Counted from the first letter of the stretch, positions 30,101 through 38,424 are shown. The stretch is DNA of 64,000 bases from Bacteroidia bacterium (GCA_046594225.1 JBKJPW010000116.1:4035-68034); one strand, 5' to 3'. Notes: generated by a model from the sequence alone, not told the origin. Program-made: numbers and translations.

Positions 30101-30620
30101 ATGGAATGTAACGAGAGCATGGAGTTTAAATAGTACCAATGTGTATGGCATAAAATCAACCGTGTCTGAATTTTTTAGCACCCGTAACTATAAAATAGAA
30201 TCCTATGACTTGGAGCAAAAATTAAGCTATCAACCTAATACTGCTTTTAGAATTAGTATTTTATATAAACACAACAAAAAGCAAAATATCATTAATAGAT
30301 CAGAAACGATAATTATTGGAATTCCTGAAAAAGCAGAACTGAATGATTTTGGTTTGGAATTTAAATTCAATCAAGTCGAAAAAGGTAGTATTACTGGCAA
30401 AGTAAATTTCATTACTATTTCATATAATGCTGCGGAAAATACTTCTGTAGCTTACGAAATGTTAAATGCTTTAAAAACAGGATACAATTATACTTGGGGA
30501 TTAAGCTATCAACGTAACTTAACCAACAACATACAAATAAGTATTAATTACGACGGACGAAAATCGCCAAATAGTAAAATCATCAATATTGGCGGCGCTC
30601 AAGTGAGGGCGTTTTTCTAA
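27108..30620 (+). CDS. Large (1170 aa) uncharacterised secreted protein, probably an outer-membrane beta-barrel
   Basis: Signal peptide FIFIVVFLCGFFIHAQSQ. Long runs of alternating hydrophobic/polar residues rich in Y, N, S and T. The C-terminus ...GGAQVRAFF ends in an aromatic residue, as an OMP beta-signal does. I recognise no family. Confidence 0.5.
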   Translation: MQIVVFRFIFIVVFLCGFFIHAQSQTNLKQKYYFVKSDTLFLDTLSLVPGTLKLYSKGNPLDTSSYRINYPLKAIIFKVKPMDPLSINYKTFPYNFEKNYYHQSISQLTKDLTLPANPLTLAFAGSTAASESFVSDGLNKNGSISRGISFGNNQDVVVNSSLNLQVSGKLTQEVDLLLAATDDNIPFQADGTTAQLQEFDKVFVQLSNKNSKLIVGDFQLQRPNSYFMNFYKRSQGAYFSNNYYDTINKQQVIFKTQVSGAVSKGKFARNVIQGTENNQGPYRLRGDNNELFIIVLSGTERIYVDGRLLQRGQENDYIIDYNTSELTFTAKQIITKDKRIIAEFQYAERNYARSLYFFSEEIEAQKLKVRLNFFGEQDNKNKTLQQTLTEQQKLTMFNIGDTLSKAVTSGATLATFNTTDVFYWKKDTVVSAQLYPNVFVYSTNPDSAKYTVKYSYVGENNGYYIQISTTANGKVYKWVAPAGGLLQGNYEPVIPLITPKKKQMFTAGANYEFNKNHNLDVEGVYTKNDINTFSKFNSQNDDGYGLKVNSNNQSVIKKDTVTKQSLNAVYNLGYEYVQQNFNPIERYRAIEFERDWNRPISAPINTDQHVGFAQVGVQKNNKLKLLYGVSFFKEGVFYDGLKHSVQSFYNTKTSGITYNGSYLTSNYNSQLSNFYRHKASFSQSFWKLRVNFLDEFEQNRFRKNTSDSLLSRSYQFWEWEGNITNKDTSGNLYKIFYRERRDKQAYNSVLKDSTYAQNTGFSANINSIRNHPFSVVFTYRELKLKRDSMTIKPDNTLLSRIEYSPRLVNGFITSSMFYETGYGLENKKEYYYLLVAAGQGTYVWKDYNNNGIAELNEFEIAQFADQALYIKVYTPTNQYVKVLHDQFSFSLNLRPSVFLKDSSGKALKFVSRFATQSVYRVDKKSYDNGKLFTFNPTNVSLKDSFLTALNYSLRQSLFFNQSAAVFGTDYTYQSNLSKQLLTNGFETRENTTHEWRWRWNVTRAWSLNSTNVYGIKSTVSEFFSTRNYKIESYDLEQKLSYQPNTAFRISILYKHNKKQNIINRSETIIIGIPEKAELNDFGLEFKFNQVEKGSITGKVNFITISYNAAENTSVAYEMLNALKTGYNYTWGLSYQRNLTNNIQISINYDGRKSPNSKIINIGGAQVRAFF

Positions 30621-30621
30621 T

Positions 30622-31440
30622 TTATCTTGTAATAATAATTTTCTGCATTTCAATTAATTTTTCCTCTAAATAAAAAGAAATAAAATACAATCCTGATGAT
30701 AAACTATTTAGCTGAATGGTATTTGTTTTGGTTTCAAAAACTCCCTGTTTTACGATGTTTCCTTGTGTATCAAATAATTTGTATTTAATGAGTTTTTGAA
30801 AATTTTGTATCGCAATTTCTAAATTATGGTTAGTTGGGTTTGGAGAACAGGAGATTTTATTTTTAACTGAATGAATTTCGTAAACATTAACTTGATTCGT
30901 ATCAATAACCTCAACTGTAGGGCAAACAGTAAAATCGGATAAAGCAAATGTATATTGAGGTTGTTGCCCTCCCACATAAATATCGAAGGGATATGGGGTT
31001 CCTGGTTGCATTGATGGATTATTAACATAAGATATGTTTTGAGTTACAATTTGAAAACTAGAGCCGGACGCTGCGGTTAATGGAATCACAATTTGTAAGG
31101 CTTGTTGCGGCACACATTTATTATCAACTGGTTGAAAAATAAAATTATTAACGGTTGAAAAATAGCCGCCAAAGGATATGTCTGATGAAATAACTTCCAT
31201 CTGGTTTTTATCTTCAATATGTAAATAAAATGTATCACCTGGCACAACATACAATCCATAACAGTTTTTTATAGAACCGCATATTGTATAACTTTGTTGT
31301 GTTATTTCACAAAATGTTATAGCCTTTAAACACTTGTTGTATAAAACAAAATGCTCTCCTTTAGGAGCAAGTGACTCCGAAATTTTATTTTGTGAAAATG
31401 CAATAGTTGTTACCGCTAAAAAAATAATAAACAGCTTCAT
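30622..31440 (-). CDS. Hypothetical secreted protein with T9SS C-terminal sorting domain
   Basis: Signal peptide MKLFIIFLAVTTIAFSQ. C-terminal SCSPNPTNHNLEI...SSGLYFISFYLEEKLIEMQKIIITR. Confidence 0.7.
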   Translation of the reverse strand: MKLFIIFLAVTTIAFSQNKISESLAPKGEHFVLYNKCLKAITFCEITQQSYTICGSIKNCYGLYVVPGDTFYLHIEDKNQMEVISSDISFGGYFSTVNNFIFQPVDNKCVPQQALQIVIPLTAASGSSFQIVTQNISYVNNPSMQPGTPYPFDIYVGGQQPQYTFALSDFTVCPTVEVIDTNQVNVYEIHSVKNKISCSPNPTNHNLEIAIQNFQKLIKYKLFDTQGNIVKQGVFETKTNTIQLNSLSSGLYFISFYLEEKLIEMQKIIITR

Positions 31441-31512
31441 AATTATTATAAATTAATGCGGGGATAACATAAAGATACAAATTATTTATATAAATATATA
31501 TTATAAAGTCTT

Positions 31513-31520
31513 TATCTTTG
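31513..31520 (+). promoter_or_regulatory. Bacteroidota-type -7 box (TAnnTTTG) in front of ribE
   Basis: TATCTTTG ends 4 nt before the ATG at 31525. If used, this implies a leaderless or near-leaderless transcript. Confidence 0.3.
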
Positions 31521-31524
31521 ACTC

Positions 31525-32112
31525 ATGTTTACAGGAATCATAGAAGGACTTTCAAAAGTAGAAACCATTGAAAAAGAAAATAGCAATGTGCATTTTACAT
31601 TTAGCTGTTCCTTTACTCACGAATTAAAAATAGATCAAAGCATAGCACACAATGGTGTGTGCTTAACAGTTATAAAAATAAACGGACATCAATACACCGT
31701 TACTGCTATTGATGAAACCTTACAAAAAACCAATTTAGGGAATTTGAAAGTTGGCGATGAAGTAAATTTAGAACGCTGCATGCCAGCTAACGGGCGTTTT
31801 GATGGACATATTGTGCAAGGTCATGTAGATCAAACAGGTATTGTGTCTTCTATTGTTGATAATAAAGGAAGTTGGACTTATACTATCTCTTATAATAACA
31901 AACTAGGGAATATTACTGTCGAAAAAGGAAGTATCACTATCAATGGCACAAGCCTAACCGTAGTTGATTCAAAAGATGATTCTTTTTCGGTTTGCATTAT
32001 TCCTTATACTTTTGAGAACACTGTTTTTAAACATTTAAAAGTAAACGATGTTGTAAATTTAGAATTTGATATTGTAGGAAAATATGTGGCACGACTTCTA
32101 GAAAAAAAGTAA
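31525..32112 (+). CDS. ribE: Riboflavin synthase (alpha chain)
   Basis: MFTGIIE..., S.AHNGVCLTV, ET...TNLG..K.GD.VNLE, GH.VQGHVD, and the internal lumazine-binding repeat (GS.T.NG.SLTV). Confidence 0.9.
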   Translation: MFTGIIEGLSKVETIEKENSNVHFTFSCSFTHELKIDQSIAHNGVCLTVIKINGHQYTVTAIDETLQKTNLGNLKVGDEVNLERCMPANGRFDGHIVQGHVDQTGIVSSIVDNKGSWTYTISYNNKLGNITVEKGSITINGTSLTVVDSKDDSFSVCIIPYTFENTVFKHLKVNDVVNLEFDIVGKYVARLLEKK

Positions 32113-32197
32113 TTAAAATAATGTGACTTTGAGCTTTACCCTGAGCGGCGTCGAAGGGGAGTTGAGAAGCAATTAAAATCTAATTCATAATAACCGT

Positions 32198-33769
32198 ATG
32201 CAACAAAAAGTAGATTTCTTAATTATTGGTAGCGGTATTGCCGGTTTAAGTTATGCGCTTAAAGTTGCGGAGTATGGCTCTGTTTATATTGTTACCAAAA
32301 GCAACGAAGACGAATCTAATACCAAATATGCACAAGGTGGCATCGCCGCCGTTTGGCATGATAAAGATAGCATTGAAAAACACATACAAGATACTTTAAT
32401 TGCAGGCTCTGGCTTATGTGATGAGGAAACCGTGAGAGTTGTTGTAACAGAAGGAACAGAGCGTGTTCGTGAATTAATTGAACTAGGTGCTAATTTTGAT
32501 AAAAACAAAGAAGGTTCTTATGACTTAGCTAAAGAAGGCGGTCACTCCGAACATCGTATTTTACATTATAAAGACATTACCGGTTACGAAATAGAGCGTG
32601 CTTTAATTGCACAAATTCGTAAACATAAAAACATTACCGTACTCGACCATCACTATGCCATTGATATCATCACTCAACATCATTTAGGTGAAGTTGTTAC
32701 ATCTCATTCAAAAGATATTCAATGTTTTGGGGCTTATATTTTAAATATCAAAACGCAAAAAATAGAAACCGTTCTTTCTAAAATCACTCTCATGGCAACT
32801 GGTGGCGTAGGCCACGTGTATGCCACTACCACTAATCCAACCATTGCTACTGGGGATGGCATCGCTATGGTTTATAGAGCCAAAGGGCGAGTAAAAGATA
32901 TGGAGTTTGTGCAATTTCATCCAACTTCTTTATACAATCCAGGAGAACACCCTAGTTTTTTAATTACTGAAGCCATCAGAGGTTTTGGCGCTGTTTTAAA
33001 AACATTAGATGGAAAAGAGTTTATGCAAAAATACGATGAGCGCTTGTCCTTAGCGCCTCGTGATATTGTAGCTCGCGCCATTGACAACGAATTAAAAACA
33101 CGAGGTGAAGATTTTGTATTTTTAGATTGCCGACATTTAGATAGGAAAGCATTTATCGAACATTTTCCAAATATTTATGAGAAATGCATGAAACTAGGCA
33201 TTGACCCATTTGTGAAAATGATACCAGTTGTGCCAGCTATGCATTATTTATGTGGTGGCATTTTAGTTGACAATAATGGGCAATCTACTATCGGTAATCT
33301 GTTTGCTGTTGGCGAATGCGCTTGCACAGGTCTGCATGGTGCTAATCGTTTAGCAAGTAATTCATTATTAGAAGCCGTAGTGTTTGCTCACAGAACAGCC
33401 AAACTAACAACAGAAAAAGTATCTGATATTTCATTTACTCAAAACATTCCGAACTGGGATGCAGAAGGAACTGAGCATGCTGAGGAAATGGTACTAATTA
33501 CCCAATCGCAACGCGAAGTACAACAAATTATGAGTAATTACGTAGGTATTGTTCGCTCAGAATTACGCTTAAAACGAGCCTTTGATCGTTTAGAAATTTT
33601 GTACAAAGAAAACGAAACGCTTTACGAACAAACTACCGTTACCCAAAAATTAGGTGAACTTCGTAATTTGATTTGTATTGGTTATTTAATTATCAAACAT
33701 GCCATGCGCCGCAAGGAATCTGTTGGTTTGCATTATATGGTGAATTATAGTAAAGAAACAGTTAAGTAA
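32198..33769 (+). CDS. nadB: L-aspartate oxidase
   Basis: DFLIIGSGIAGLSYA, AQGGIAAV, ATGG.G..Y..TTNP...TGDGIAM, QFHPT, GE.ACTGLHGANRLASNSLLE. Confidence 0.9.
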   Translation: MQQKVDFLIIGSGIAGLSYALKVAEYGSVYIVTKSNEDESNTKYAQGGIAAVWHDKDSIEKHIQDTLIAGSGLCDEETVRVVVTEGTERVRELIELGANFDKNKEGSYDLAKEGGHSEHRILHYKDITGYEIERALIAQIRKHKNITVLDHHYAIDIITQHHLGEVVTSHSKDIQCFGAYILNIKTQKIETVLSKITLMATGGVGHVYATTTNPTIATGDGIAMVYRAKGRVKDMEFVQFHPTSLYNPGEHPSFLITEAIRGFGAVLKTLDGKEFMQKYDERLSLAPRDIVARAIDNELKTRGEDFVFLDCRHLDRKAFIEHFPNIYEKCMKLGIDPFVKMIPVVPAMHYLCGGILVDNNGQSTIGNLFAVGECACTGLHGANRLASNSLLEAVVFAHRTAKLTTEKVSDISFTQNIPNWDAEGTEHAEEMVLITQSQREVQQIMSNYVGIVRSELRLKRAFDRLEILYKENETLYEQTTVTQKLGELRNLICIGYLIIKHAMRRKESVGLHYMVNYSKETVK

Positions 33770-34006
33770 TTTGGGCTTTTCTTTTTCCTTGACGAAAAAG
33801 AAACAAAAAGTCAAGGCAATGCGCCAACCTCCATTTGCCCCGCAAAAACTTCCCAGAATGGCGGTTCGCACCGCATTGCCAAAACCAGCCGCACTATTAC
33901 CAACATATGCAGTAGTTTAATAACACCTCACCCAACAGTATTTTCTGGTTTTTTTCTTATAAATTTTAGTAAAAACAAAAAAAACATTACATTTGTAGCC
34001 CAAAAT

Positions 34007-34081
34007 GGTAGATGTAGCTCAGTTGGTTAGAGCATCGGTTTGTGGTACCGAGGGTCGAGGGTTCGAGCCCCTTCATTTACC
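34007..34081 (+). tRNA. tRNA-His (anticodon GTG) with genomically encoded G-1
   Basis: G-GTAGATG-TA-GCTC-AGTTGGTTA-GAGC-A-TCGGT-TTGTGGT-ACCGA-GGGTC-GAGGG-TTCGAGC-CCCTT-CATTTAC-C. The extra 5' G is the His identity element. Confidence 0.9.
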
Positions 34082-34089
34082 CTTCTTAA

Positions 34090-34117
34090 AGACTGTCTGA
34101 AAAGGCGGTCTTTTTTT
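34090..34117 (+). terminator. Rho-independent terminator after tRNA-His
   Basis: AGACUGUC-UGAAAA-GGCGGUCU (8 bp including two G.U pairs) followed by a T6 run. Confidence 0.55.
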
Positions 34118-34130
34118 GTTTTATATAGAT

Positions 34131-34138
34131 TATATTTG
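34131..34138 (+). promoter_or_regulatory. Bacteroidota-type -7 box (TATATTTG) for the five-gene operon 34151-37575
   Basis: Exact TAnnTTTG match 12 nt upstream of the ATG at 34151, immediately after the tRNA-His terminator. Confidence 0.4.
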
Positions 34139-34150
34139 ATTAGCATTTTA

Positions 34151-34540
34151 ATGGCTGAAAAAACAATATATAAAACACTTACCTATTCCATTGCAGCAGT
34201 TTGGTTTATAAACGGATTGTTTTGTAAAGTACTGAATCTGGTTCCAAGACATGAAGAAATTGTTTCAGAAATTTTAGGCGCCCAACACGCTCCTCTTTTT
34301 ACAAAATTGATTGGCGTCTCAGAAATCTTAATGGCAGTATGGATTGTGAGTGGAATCAAATCACGCATTAATACTATCGCACAAATACTCATTATTGCTA
34401 CAATGAATACTATGGAATTCCTTTTAGTCCCTGATTTATTATTATGGGGGAAATTCAATTCTCTTTTTGCATTGATATTTATCAGTATCATTTTTTTCAA
34501 CGAATTTGTTTTACATAAAAAATTAAATCCACACACATAA
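34151..34540 (+). CDS. DoxX-like family small integral membrane protein
   Basis: MAEKTIYKTLTYSIAAVWFINGLFCKVLNLVPRHEEIV... Four hydrophobic helices and a DoxX-like N-terminal pattern (W..NGL.CK.L..VPRH). The track ORF starting at 34040 is rejected because it begins inside tRNA-His. Confidence 0.65.
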   Translation: MAEKTIYKTLTYSIAAVWFINGLFCKVLNLVPRHEEIVSEILGAQHAPLFTKLIGVSEILMAVWIVSGIKSRINTIAQILIIATMNTMEFLLVPDLLLWGKFNSLFALIFISIIFFNEFVLHKKLNPHT

Positions 34541-34541
34541 T

Positions 34542-35279
34542 ATGCTTTCATTTCTTAAAGATCATCCGTTTGCTGTGGAGGCTTTTTTTGAAAGCTCATT
34601 AGTGTTAACCTTTGCTGTTCCAAAAGAAGAAGTTAAACATTTAATTCCCGAGTGCTTGGAATTAGACACCTTAAATGACAAATGGGCTTTTATTGCGGTA
34701 GCCATGGTTCAAACAAAAGAACTAAGGCCAAAAGGATTTCCAAAATTTATGGGGAATGATTTCTTTTTAATTGGTTACCGTGTTTTTGTGAGGTATACCA
34801 ATAATGCAGGTAAAAGATTAAGAGGTTTATATATTTTAAAATCGCAGACTGATAAACAAAAAATGGAATTCTTTGGAAATCTGTTTACTCATTATAATTA
34901 TACGACCACCGATATTCAGCAAACTACAAAAAATAACTATGCGCAGATAAGTTCTAACCTGTCAGGTTTGAATGTAGAGTATGAAATAGAAAATGAAACA
35001 GTAGCATTGCCCGAACATTCTCCTTTTATAGATTGGAAAGAAGCACGAAGATTTGCAGGACCCTTGCCATTTACCTTTACTTATAATAAAGAAAAGAAAG
35101 AGGTGTTGATCATTGAAGGAGTTCGTGAAAACTGGACGCCTAATCCTGTATATGTTAAAGAGCAATCAGTTTCTTTTATCAACGAATTAAATTTAAAAGG
35201 TGTTGTTTTGGCGAATGCATTCATTATTAAAAACATTCCTTACTACTGGAAAAAAGGCAAACTAGAACAATGGAAATAA
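34542..35279 (+). CDS. DUF2071-like (COG3361-type) soluble protein of unknown function
   Basis: 245 aa with no signal peptide or TM helix. The pattern LELDT..DKWAFIAVAMVQT..LRPKG.P.......F.LIGYRVFVRY.....KRLRGLYILKS resembles my memory of DUF2071. The start is 1 nt after the upstream stop. Confidence 0.45.
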   Translation: MLSFLKDHPFAVEAFFESSLVLTFAVPKEEVKHLIPECLELDTLNDKWAFIAVAMVQTKELRPKGFPKFMGNDFFLIGYRVFVRYTNNAGKRLRGLYILKSQTDKQKMEFFGNLFTHYNYTTTDIQQTTKNNYAQISSNLSGLNVEYEIENETVALPEHSPFIDWKEARRFAGPLPFTFTYNKEKKEVLIIEGVRENWTPNPVYVKEQSVSFINELNLKGVVLANAFIIKNIPYYWKKGKLEQWK

Positions 35280-36022
35280 AAAGAAGACCATTTCAGGGAG
35301 TATTAAATATTTTAAGTTTTAACCGACATTTTTATGTGATAGGTCTTATCGTTTTGGCTTTAATAATAACTATTGGTAAAATTTTCAACTGGCCTGATAT
35401 ACTATTTTGGATTATCATAGTTTCGTTTATGTATGGGTTAATTATGCCGTTAATTGTATCGGCGTATGTTTATGATTTTTCGGGATATTACAATTTTGAT
35501 TGGCTAAAAAAATATACTCTAAATGATTCCGAGTCAAAACACATACTAAACATTAATGCAGGCTTTGATGAAACAAGTTTTATTATTCAAAACAATTTTC
35601 CAAAAGCCAATTTAAAAGCATTTGATTTCTATAATCCCAAACAGCATACGGAACCTGCTATTGTAAGAGCTCGAAAAGTGAGTCAAGTGTTTCCAAATAC
35701 ACAACAGATAAAAACAAATTACATTCCCTTAGAAGACCAATCTATTGATATTATCTTTTTGTTATCTGCTGCTCACGAAATAAGAGCTCAAGAAGAAAAA
35801 ACACAATTTTTAAAAGAATGCCATAGAGTATGCAAACAAAACGGGCAAATAATTATGGTGGAGCACCTGCGAGATTTTCCAAATTTTCTAGCATTTTCTA
35901 TTGGTTTTACTCATTTTTTTTCGAGAACAACTTGGAGGAAATCATTTGAAAGTGCTGGCTTTAATTCATTTGAAGAAACTAAATTCACTCCGTTCATGTC
36001 TGTTTTTAAATGTTGTCCTTAA
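35270..36022 (+). CDS. Class I SAM-dependent methyltransferase with two N-terminal TM helices
   Basis: TM helices FYVIGLIVLALIITIGKIF and ILFWIIIVSFMYGLIMPLIVSAYVY. Methyltransferase motif I-like ILNINAGFDE, a post-motif block DIIFLLSAAHE, and CHRVCKQNGQIIMVEH. It overlaps the upstream gene by 10 nt. Confidence 0.65.
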   Translation: MEIKRRPFQGVLNILSFNRHFYVIGLIVLALIITIGKIFNWPDILFWIIIVSFMYGLIMPLIVSAYVYDFSGYYNFDWLKKYTLNDSESKHILNINAGFDETSFIIQNNFPKANLKAFDFYNPKQHTEPAIVRARKVSQVFPNTQQIKTNYIPLEDQSIDIIFLLSAAHEIRAQEEKTQFLKECHRVCKQNGQIIMVEHLRDFPNFLAFSIGFTHFFSRTTWRKSFESAGFNSFEETKFTPFMSVFKCCP

Positions 36023-36034
36023 TTTTTTAATACT

Positions 36035-36430
36035 ATGGAATTACACCTTCAAATAATCGGATACTTACTTATTCTTTTAGCTTTTATCCATGTCATCTTT
36101 CCTAAAAAATTTGATTGGAAAAAAGAATGTGGTTCTCTCTCTTTAATAAATAAGCAGATGATGTACATTCACACTTTTTTTATTGCATTAGTTGTATTGT
36201 TAATGGGATTATTGTGCATTACCTCCTATTCAGAATTAATTGAAACACCATTAGGTCGAAAAATAGCCCTTGGACTATTTATATTTTGGATTATTCGTTT
36301 CTTCGTCCAGTTTTTTGGTTATTCTTCTGAGTTATGGAGAGGGAAAAAATTTGAAACCATCGTTCATATTGTGTTTTCTATTTTTTGGGCTTATATAAGT
36401 ACAGTATTTTTTATAGTATATTGGCATTAA
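36035..36430 (+). CDS. Small integral membrane protein (about 4 TM helices), unknown function
   Basis: Hydrophobic segments LQIIGYLLILLAFIHVIF, IHTFFIALVVLLMGLLCI, IALGLFIFWIIRFFVQFF and IVHIVFSIFWAYISTVFFIVYW. Confidence 0.55.
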   Translation: MELHLQIIGYLLILLAFIHVIFPKKFDWKKECGSLSLINKQMMYIHTFFIALVVLLMGLLCITSYSELIETPLGRKIALGLFIFWIIRFFVQFFGYSSELWRGKKFETIVHIVFSIFWAYISTVFFIVYWH

Positions 36431-36435
36431 ACTAA

Positions 36436-37575
36436 ATGAAAGAATTCGATGTCATTATATGCGGGGCAGGTCCAGCTGGAAGCACTTGTGCTTTAGGTTT
36501 GTTTGATACTGGGTTGAATGTTGTACTGCTGGATAAACAATCTTTCCCTAGAGAAAAAGTATGTGGCGATGCTTATGGAGGTTACGCGATTAAAATTTTA
36601 AATACCATTTCGCCAAAATTTGCTACTAAACTTTCTGCGCTTGATAAAGGTGCCATTATTAAACGAGCTTTATTTGTATCTCCTAAAAACTATAAAGTAG
36701 AACTAAAGTTAAAAGGTTTTTTCTCAAGCCTGCCGCGCACTGTATTTGATAATTTTTTATTGCAACTGGTAAAAGAAGAAACCAATACTACTATTTTAGA
36801 AAACACAAGCGCACAAAAAATTGTTATTGAAAAAGATGTTGTGGTTGTTACCACATCAGACGGACAAGAGCTAAAAGCAAAAGTAATTATTGGTTGCGAT
36901 GGCGCTCACTCCATTGTTCAATCAGCATTAACCAATACTCGTGAAGCATTAACAGAAACTTATCCTGGCTTACGTGCTTATTATAAAAATGTGAAAGGCT
37001 TAGAACAAGATTGTTTAGAGATACATTTTTTATCAACTGTCCCTAAAGGCTATTTCTGGATATTTCCTTCAACTGATGGTTTAGCTAACGTTGGCATTGG
37101 AGCGGATAAAGATGTCTTAGCAAAGCATAAAATTAATATGCGCAAAGTGTTTTCTGAAATAATGCAGGAAGCACCACAATTTAAAGCACGTTTTGTAGAA
37201 GCTGAATTGGTTGGAGAAATAAAAGGCTGGACAATTCCGATTGGGTATTTTAATTCTAAATTACCTGTCTCTGGAAACAGAGTTTTGTTATGTGGTGATG
37301 CCGCGGCCATTGTAGATCCAGCAACTGGAGAAGGCATTGGGCCTGCCATGTCATCTGGACGATATGCGGCCTGGCAAATAAAAAAATGTTTTAAAGAAAA
37401 TAACTTTTCGGAAGAGTTTATGAAAGCTTACGATAAAGACATACATAAAAAATATTCCAAAAATTATTTTTATAAAACGACTTTCACTAATTTGTATTAC
37501 AAGTTTCCTTTTTTAATGGATTGGGTGATTGGTTTTTTTGCTATGTTTTATCCAAGCAAAAAATCAACAAATTAA
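36436..37575 (+). CDS. FAD-dependent oxidoreductase, geranylgeranyl-reductase family
   Basis: FDVIICGAGPAGSTCA (dinucleotide fold), LLDKQSFPREKVCGD, IGCDGAHS, LCGDAAAIVDPATGEGIG. There is a hydrophobic C-terminal tail. Confidence 0.8.
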   Translation: MKEFDVIICGAGPAGSTCALGLFDTGLNVVLLDKQSFPREKVCGDAYGGYAIKILNTISPKFATKLSALDKGAIIKRALFVSPKNYKVELKLKGFFSSLPRTVFDNFLLQLVKEETNTTILENTSAQKIVIEKDVVVVTTSDGQELKAKVIIGCDGAHSIVQSALTNTREALTETYPGLRAYYKNVKGLEQDCLEIHFLSTVPKGYFWIFPSTDGLANVGIGADKDVLAKHKINMRKVFSEIMQEAPQFKARFVEAELVGEIKGWTIPIGYFNSKLPVSGNRVLLCGDAAAIVDPATGEGIGPAMSSGRYAAWQIKKCFKENNFSEEFMKAYDKDIHKKYSKNYFYKTTFTNLYYKFPFLMDWVIGFFAMFYPSKKSTN

Positions 37576-38357
37576 AATCTTTTCAATTGCTCATTTCCAA
37601 AGAAATCCCACTCAGGTGTATTTATTTGTTCTGCCCCTAAATCTAATTTATACCATGGAGAAATAGCAGGATCATTTTTATTAATTAGCACATGAATGTC
37701 CTGCGCAGGCATATAGCTTTGAGCTATCATGAATAATTTTTCATTTGTTTTTATATTTATTGCCATATCAACAACAATAACAGCATGCCCAGGGCTTCCT
37801 CCCAAAATTAATACATCGCCAATCTGCATATCTTTTTGAAAAATCAGTTTTAACTCTTTTGACAAAGACGCTGTTCCTGCATAAGTAAACACCATATTCA
37901 TATATTCTCTGAAAGACTGATACGAAATGCTTTCTTTGGTGGATTTCACCCAACTCACCTTGTTTCCTTTTACTGCTATACGATAGCCCGTTCGCCATTT
38001 TGCATAATCTGCTTTAAATCCATTGGTAAAATTAAAATGCAGGGTACTGTATTGTTTGCTTTGGTATAAATATTCTGCACGTAATCGCATCACAGCATCC
38101 GCACATTGCTGTAAATCTTTTATGCCCACATCAATATTTAAAACAGCAGCCGCTACTTTATTTGGTTTTTCTTTTCCGTTATAGTAATGCACTAAAGTAC
38201 CATTCGATTTTAGTTCAGTTTTTTGAAGAAATTCAGCAAAGGAATTTTTTTCTACAGTAACTCTTGTGTAATTGGTTGGTAATGCAAAACGTGTAGCAAT
38301 AGTTGCACCACTAGGGATAGTAAGACTAGGTACTTGTTGCTTACGAAATGCGAACAA
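37572..38357 (-). CDS. Hypothetical protein (resembles Bacteroidota DUF4846-type proteins); start codon uncertain
   Basis: 261-aa ORF from the TTG at 38357. The block LQQCADAVMRLRAEYL ... GDVLILGGSPGHAVIVVDMA suggests a conserved enzyme-like core. The frame stays open upstream through a hydrophobic stretch without a canonical start (see findings). Confidence 0.45.
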   Translation of the reverse strand: MFAFRKQQVPSLTIPSGATIATRFALPTNYTRVTVEKNSFAEFLQKTELKSNGTLVHYYNGKEKPNKVAAAVLNIDVGIKDLQQCADAVMRLRAEYLYQSKQYSTLHFNFTNGFKADYAKWRTGYRIAVKGNKVSWVKSTKESISYQSFREYMNMVFTYAGTASLSKELKLIFQKDMQIGDVLILGGSPGHAVIVVDMAINIKTNEKLFMIAQSYMPAQDIHVLINKNDPAISPWYKLDLGAEQINTPEWDFFGNEQLKRF

Positions 38358-38424
38358 GGTTATTAAACATAAAATAGAAGTTATGATGCTAACTTTAAAA
38401 TATGTGGGTTTGCTTATAATGATT

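Noticed and set aside
31441-31524. A possible FMN riboswitch upstream of ribE
   Set aside because: The spacer is only 84 nt and extremely AT-rich, and it lacks the conserved FMN-element helices. A -7 box sits 4 nt from the ATG, leaving no room for a leader.
34040-34150. The N-terminal 37 codons of track ORF 34040-34540
   Set aside because: This part overlaps tRNA-His and its terminator. The real start is the ATG at 34151, downstream of a -7 box.
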